Part shown: positions 35,392-39,349 of the stretch, one piece after another
Numbering within the stretch: the stretch's first letter is position 1
Layout of the letters: each line of letters opens with the position of its first letter
Assembly (NCBI GenBank): GCA_964489785.1
Contig: CAZAZY010000003.1
Span: 11,174 to 50,522, forward strand
Length of the DNA: 39,349 nt
Source of the DNA: an uncultured Candidatus Saccharibacteria bacterium
GTDB taxonomy: Bacteria > Patescibacteriota > Minisyncoccia > Phycocordibacterales > UBA1006
Direction: 5' to 3'
Program-made: the position numbers and the translations under genes
The notes under the pieces: model-generated
Databases searched by the model: none
Told to the model about the DNA's origin: nothing
Seen by the model: only the letters and a program-made list of their open reading frames with translations

Positions 35392-36069
35392 ATGATTACA
35401 TTTCATATTATCACCATATTTCCCGAGATGTTTGATTCATATATGAATGAATCGATTTTGGGGCGCGCGATAAAAAATAAAAAAATCGCAATCAAATGCT
35501 ATCCATTGCGTTCTTTTGTGCGTGGTAAATATCGAAAAGTCTGGCCAGACGGAAATATTTCTGCCCAGGTGGATGAAAAACCATACGGAGGTGGTCCAGG
35601 TATGATATTGCGTGCAGAACCTATTTTAGAAGCGGTAAAAAAAATCAAGACAAAGAAAAAAGATGCAAAAGTATTTATCACCGCTGCGGGTGGTGAAATG
35701 TTTACGAATACCTATGCGCAAAAGATGGTTGCGAAAAAAGGTTTGGAAGATATTATTATTATTTGTGGACGCTACGAAGGAATCGACAGTCGTGTAAAAA
35801 AAGCATTACGGGCCACAGAAATTTCTATTGGAGATTTTATACTGACAGGTGGGGAATTGGCCGGAATGGTAATGATAGATGTTATGGCACGACAGATTCC
35901 TGGCGTATTAGGTAAACAAGAATCAATCGAAGAAAATCGTGTTTCCAGTCATGAAATGTATACACGACCCGAAATCTTACCTTGGCAGGGAAAAAACTAC
36001 AAAGTCCCAAAAGTCTTATTATCTGGTGATCATAAAAAAATAGAAAACTGGAGAAAGGGGGAGAAATAG
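35392..36069 (+). CDS. trmD: tRNA (guanine37-N1)-methyltransferase TrmD
   Basis: FHIITIFPEMFDSYMNESILGRA, ICGRYEGIDSRV and IGDFILTGGELAGMVMIDV. Confidence 0.93.
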   Translation: MITFHIITIFPEMFDSYMNESILGRAIKNKKIAIKCYPLRSFVRGKYRKVWPDGNISAQVDEKPYGGGPGMILRAEPILEAVKKIKTKKKDAKVFITAAGGEMFTNTYAQKMVAKKGLEDIIIICGRYEGIDSRVKKALRATEISIGDFILTGGELAGMVMIDVMARQIPGVLGKQESIEENRVSSHEMYTRPEILPWQGKNYKVPKVLLSGDHKKIENWRKGEK

Positions 36070-36083
36070 ATACATAAAAAATT

Positions 36084-36118
36084 ACCCGAACCGTATAACG
36101 GTTCGGGCTTTTTTTTTG
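36084..36118 (+). terminator. rho-independent terminator
   Basis: CCCGAACCG-TATAA-CGGTTCGGG-CTTTTTTTTT. Confidence 0.85.
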
Positions 36119-36133
36119 CAGTTAGATGATAGG

Positions 36134-36463
36134 CTAGTTTTTACAAAGACCCCTGTCATCAAATGAGCTTTTTTCGTGCATTGCCTGTAAAATAAAAGAA
36201 ATCACATCTGATATCTTTTCTGTTTTTCTGCGTACCTCGGGGGTTTCAGTGTTTGGCAGATTACAGGTATTGATATCTTGCATGATCGCTGTTTTAAATG
36301 CTGAATCGATAATCTCATCTCGGATTAATCCATTCAAACACAAAAGAGCATGTTCTTTGCAATATATTGGCAAGCTCATTCCCTGGATTGATGGAATAAT
36401 AAAATGTCCGTGATCAGACTCATTTTCGCAGACGGTAAAGCAAGGGCGTTCCATTGTGTTCAT
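36134..36463 (-). CDS. hypothetical protein (109 aa, Cys-rich)
   Basis: ORF only; no family recognised. Confidence 0.45.
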   Translation of the reverse strand: MNTMERPCFTVCENESDHGHFIIPSIQGMSLPIYCKEHALLCLNGLIRDEIIDSAFKTAIMQDINTCNLPNTETPEVRRKTEKISDVISFILQAMHEKSSFDDRGLCKN

Positions 36464-36574
36464 GTGCAGTTTCTGTTTGGTTCTTTTATATTTAACACAA
36501 TTTCTTTTTTTTTGTCAAGGTTGTGTGTTTGAATGCATTATTGTAGTGTGTATTTGAACCAAAACACCTGTACA

Positions 36575-37087
36575 ATGGAAGATTTACTAAAAAGGATTCA
36601 GTTGATTAACCAGCAAACCGTTGGATGGACTGTTCGCTCTGAAGAATCAGGACATTTTGCCATGAGACGTGGTGGAGGGATAATAAACATCATGACAGTT
36701 GTGAATAAATTTTATGGTGATCCCGTACATAATCGCTTCTCTCTGAATATTAATAATGATAAAGAAAATAAAGATCCTGATCCCAGTATCGGACACGCGG
36801 ATATTTCTCTTTTGTGTGAAATTATTGCATCGGATCCCCATTCTTTTTATTGGGAGAAAAAACAGTACGAAGGAAGAGTTTGGTATTTTCTTGTTCTCAT
36901 GGAGTCCCTTGTTCCAGGGTTGAAGGAGAAAAAAACTATATTTTACTTCTTGGAAAAACATCTTAGGTCCGATTCCAAACAAGAATCACTTCAACTATTG
37001 GAAGACCTTTGTTCTGATCCAGCGAAAGAGAAGGTAAAACAACATTGGAAAGATGTTCCTGATTCTGCATATTGCCTGAAAGAATAA
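36575..37087 (+). CDS. hypothetical protein (170 aa)
   Basis: ORF followed by a terminator. Start set at MEDLLKR. No family recognised. Confidence 0.5.
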   Translation: MEDLLKRIQLINQQTVGWTVRSEESGHFAMRRGGGIINIMTVVNKFYGDPVHNRFSLNINNDKENKDPDPSIGHADISLLCEIIASDPHSFYWEKKQYEGRVWYFLVLMESLVPGLKEKKTIFYFLEKHLRSDSKQESLQLLEDLCSDPAKEKVKQHWKDVPDSAYCLKE

Positions 37088-37108
37088 ATGAATCAGGTTT
37101 ACCAAATA

Positions 37109-37144
37109 CCCCGTCATGCGCATAGCGTATGGCGGGTTTTTTTA
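37109..37144 (+). terminator. rho-independent terminator
   Basis: CCCGTCATGCG-CATAG-CGTATGGCGGG (with G-U pairs), followed by TTTTTTT. Confidence 0.75.
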
Positions 37145-37183
37145 TATAAAAAAGGTGGGCCATCGAGTAAAACTCGATGGCCC
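37145..37183 (-). terminator. minus-strand rho-independent terminator
   Basis: GGGCCATCGAG-TTTTA-CTCGATGGCCC followed by ACC-TTTTTTAT on the minus strand. Confidence 0.75.
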
Positions 37184-37188
37184 AATAT

Positions 37189-37482
37189 TCAAGGTGGTCG
37201 AAGCGACAACCGGATCAGATCCAGAATTCTTCCCGTCCAACCCGTGGTGCAAACAGCCCTGGGTTCTTGGTTGGGAAAAGTGAGAAAGGTCTCGTATTCT
37301 TGAAAAGCAATGAGAGGTTCAACTAATCCAGTCAAAATGCAACAATCGTTGCCTTGAGGGTATGTTTGTTGAGCCTCATTAACAGAAAGGACAATAATTT
37401 CAATTTCAGGATGATCACGATGAATCATCCTGGGCAGGTCAGTTGCTAATGCGACTGACAGCGGAATGATTGCGTAGATCAT
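37189..37482 (-). CDS. hypothetical protein, start uncertain
   Basis: The track ORF reaches 37620, only 3 nt from the divergent helicase ATG. An internal Met (37482 or 37428) is more plausible. The terminator directly downstream supports a real minus-strand transcript. Confidence 0.35.
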   Translation of the reverse strand: MIYAIIPLSVALATDLPRMIHRDHPEIEIIVLSVNEAQQTYPQGNDCCILTGLVEPLIAFQEYETFLTFPNQEPRAVCTTGWTGRILDLIRLSLRPP

Positions 37483-37623
37483 GTGCTGAATGTTTTTATC
37501 TATACTAGCATATCTTTTCAAAAAAGCAAGACTGAATAAGTAGGTATTGACAAATAATATATAATGTGACACATTGTATATCAAGCGGTGAACAAATGAT
37601 CTGCTCCTTGAAAAATTCATACA

Positions 37624-39349
37624 ATGGAAAATCGATTTACGTTAATCGTAGCGAATCTACTATCGTACGTTCCTGTTAATGTATTTCGTAAAGGACAGGA
37701 AACGTTCTATACAAAAATACGTCAGGCTATCATAGACGGATTCCGTACTATGTACATTGAAGGACCAACGGGAATGGGTAAAGCATTCCTTCAGGCTACG
37801 CTTGCCGATGCTATTATCAATGGATCACAGGATATCAAGATTTTGATTCTTGTACCAAAGATTGATCTGCTTTCGCAGATGAGGGATGAATTTACAAAAT
37901 TTGCGGTACGTCTTTTCGTTGGGCTTCGAGGTGGAGGTTGGAAGAGTAATGGTCAACATGTGACTGTTATGACCTACCAAAGCTTTGCCAGATTGAATAA
38001 TGACGAGTTGAAACAATATTCGGTCATATTTCTTGACGAAGCTCACTTGGCACTGGGTGTGGTCACCCGGGCAAAGATAGATGAACAACAGCATGCTATT
38101 ATTATTGGCTTTACTGCCACATCTGAATATTCTGAAGAGAAAAACCTCAAAGAATGGCTAGGACTTGAAGTTCACAAAATTTCAGTTCTCGAAGCCGTTA
38201 ATGTAGGAATGCTGTCAGGTATTCAGGTTATGACCGGTAAGGTAAAAATCAAGATCGCTGGAAGATTACAGGGAGAGGCAACGTCTGAATACACAGAACG
38301 AATAAGTAGCGATATAATCCGCCAAGGTGGAAACATTGCTGCGACACGTTTGTACAAGAAATTGTTTCAACCAAAGGGTCTGCGATTCGTCATGTTTACC
38401 TTAACGGTGGAACAAGGACGCGATCTAGTAGAAGAGTTGGTTCGCCAAGGTGTCACTGCACGACTGATCGAAGGTGCCATGTCAAGGGATGATCGGAAAG
38501 ATCTTTTCGATGACTTCAAGGACAACAAATTTGAAGTTCTTGTTGGAGTCGATGTACCCAAAACTGGTTTCGATGATAAGGGTGTTTGTGGAGTCATATT
38601 TGCTTATCCTGTTGGATCGCTTGTCGGTTTGACTCAGGGGGCAGGTAGGGCAACACGCTTGTGGGAACTGATGCCAGACAAAATTGCATATGTTGTGCAG
38701 TTGATGTTCGAAGGCAGGGATCAGGTGTTCTATTCACAGGTTCTAGAGGGTAATTCTATGGTGTTACCCAAAGTATTAGGAGAAAGAGAAATGAAAGGAA
38801 TGCGCAAGCGCCTTATCTCTACTTCTGATATTGAACAGGATCTGTGTGATGATGTGATTGAATCAGTCCACGTCACCGAAGAAGAGGTGATAAGGGTTGT
38901 GAAAGAATATGCTGATAAGTATGTTCGAGAACAAGCTCAGGAAGGGTGGTATACAGCAAGCCAGATTAGTGAAATGGATGATGTTCAAGGTAACTATGAT
39001 AGGGTCAAAAAACTTGCCGAAACATATCGCAAAGACTACTCAATATGGTTTAGGATGTATTTGTCGGGACCAAGTTGGACTGAACACTACGCACCTGATC
39101 TGGTAGCCATCCTCAAAAAGCTCTGCGCTCGTAAAGAGCAAGCTCCCGAAGGGTGGTATACAGCAAGCCAGATTAGCGACTTTAGTGATGTGCAAGGTGG
39201 AGATATTAAAATCAAAAAGCTTGCCGAAGTCCATCGTCAAGATCATCCTCAGTGGTTTAAGGTATACTTGGTTGGTATTAGTACAAAACCAGGTGAACAC
39301 TACGCTCCTGAGCTAGTAGCTGTTCTGAAAGAGCAATGCGCTCGTAAAG
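37624..39349 (+). CDS. SF2 DEAH-box helicase (ResIII/Helicase_C-like) with C-terminal tandem repeats; 3' partial, runs off the window
   Basis: My hand translation is open for 575 codons with no stop. Motif I EGPTGMGKA, Ia ILVPKIDLLSQM, II FLDEAH, III GFTAT, VI QGAGRATR. It is absent from the supplied ORF track. Confidence 0.85.
   Translation, partial: MENRFTLIVANLLSYVPVNVFRKGQETFYTKIRQAIIDGFRTMYIEGPTGMGKAFLQATLADAIINGSQDIKILILVPKIDLLSQMRDEFTKFAVRLFVGLRGGGWKSNGQHVTVMTYQSFARLNNDELKQYSVIFLDEAHLALGVVTRAKIDEQQHAIIIGFTATSEYSEEKNLKEWLGLEVHKISVLEAVNVGMLSGIQVMTGKVKIKIAGRLQGEATSEYTERISSDIIRQGGNIAATRLYKKLFQPKGLRFVMFTLTVEQGRDLVEELVRQGVTARLIEGAMSRDDRKDLFDDFKDNKFEVLVGVDVPKTGFDDKGVCGVIFAYPVGSLVGLTQGAGRATRLWELMPDKIAYVVQLMFEGRDQVFYSQVLEGNSMVLPKVLGEREMKGMRKRLISTSDIEQDLCDDVIESVHVTEEEVIRVVKEYADKYVREQAQEGWYTASQISEMDDVQGNYDRVKKLAETYRKDYSIWFRMYLSGPSWTEHYAPDLVAILKKLCARKEQAPEGWYTASQISDFSDVQGGDIKIKKLAEVHRQDHPQWFKVYLVGISTKPGEHYAPELVAVLKEQCARK
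38941..39349 (+). repeat. tandem 207-nt (69-aa) coding repeats at the helicase C-terminus
   Basis: GAAGGGTGGTATACAGCAAGCCAGATTAG occurs at 38941 and 39148. The peptides are EGWYTASQISEMDDVQG...HYAPDLVAILKKLCARK and EGWYTASQISDFSDVQG...HYAPELVAVLKEQCARK. The window ends at a repeat boundary. Confidence 0.9.

Noticed and set aside
37088-37303. 71-aa + strand ORF
   Set aside because: It reads straight through two intrinsic terminator hairpins (37109-37183) and crosses the compositional boundary, so it is most likely non-coding.

Overview
This is a low-GC (roughly mid-30s % by eye), gene-dense bacterial window. The gene content looks like a reduced genome, plausibly Patescibacteria/CPR (inference only). 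The conserved backbone is rpmF, a NusB-Nudix fusion, rnc, a short SMC, RNase R, rpsP, a KH-domain gene, a complete F1Fo ATP synthase operon (atpZ-B-E-F-H-A-G-D-C), rlmH, a DedA-like gene, an M23 peptidase, csaA, a pyrE-like PRTase, rmuC and trmD.

Most transcription units end in clear hairpin plus T-run terminators, often bidirectional, and several near-consensus sigma70-type promoters are readable.

The main unusual items are:
1. A composite tRNA locus at 11603-11838. An intact tRNA-Ile(GAU) lies inside the D loop of a second tRNA-like gene whose two acceptor halves complement each other. The whole unit has one promoter and one terminator.
2. A strongly AT-rich two-gene insert directly 3' of tRNA-Glu(CUC). 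One gene is flanked by 10-bp direct repeats. The other is a six-fold zinc-ribbon repeat protein wrapped around a PD-(D/E)xK-like nuclease core. A HelD/UvrD-like helicase follows.
3. A sharp GC-rich segment from about 37.19 kb to the window end. It carries a 575-codon open SF2 DEAH helicase ORF with tandem 69-aa C-terminal repeats. The supplied ORF track omits it because it runs off the window.
4. A NusB-Nudix fusion, an apparently hinge-less 761-aa SMC, a 1135-aa membrane protein with internal repeats, a c-subunit with a two-carboxylate Na+-type motif, and an unlisted 43-codon basic ORF with its own promoter and terminator.

No CRISPR array, rRNA, transposase, integrase or reverse transcriptase was seen.
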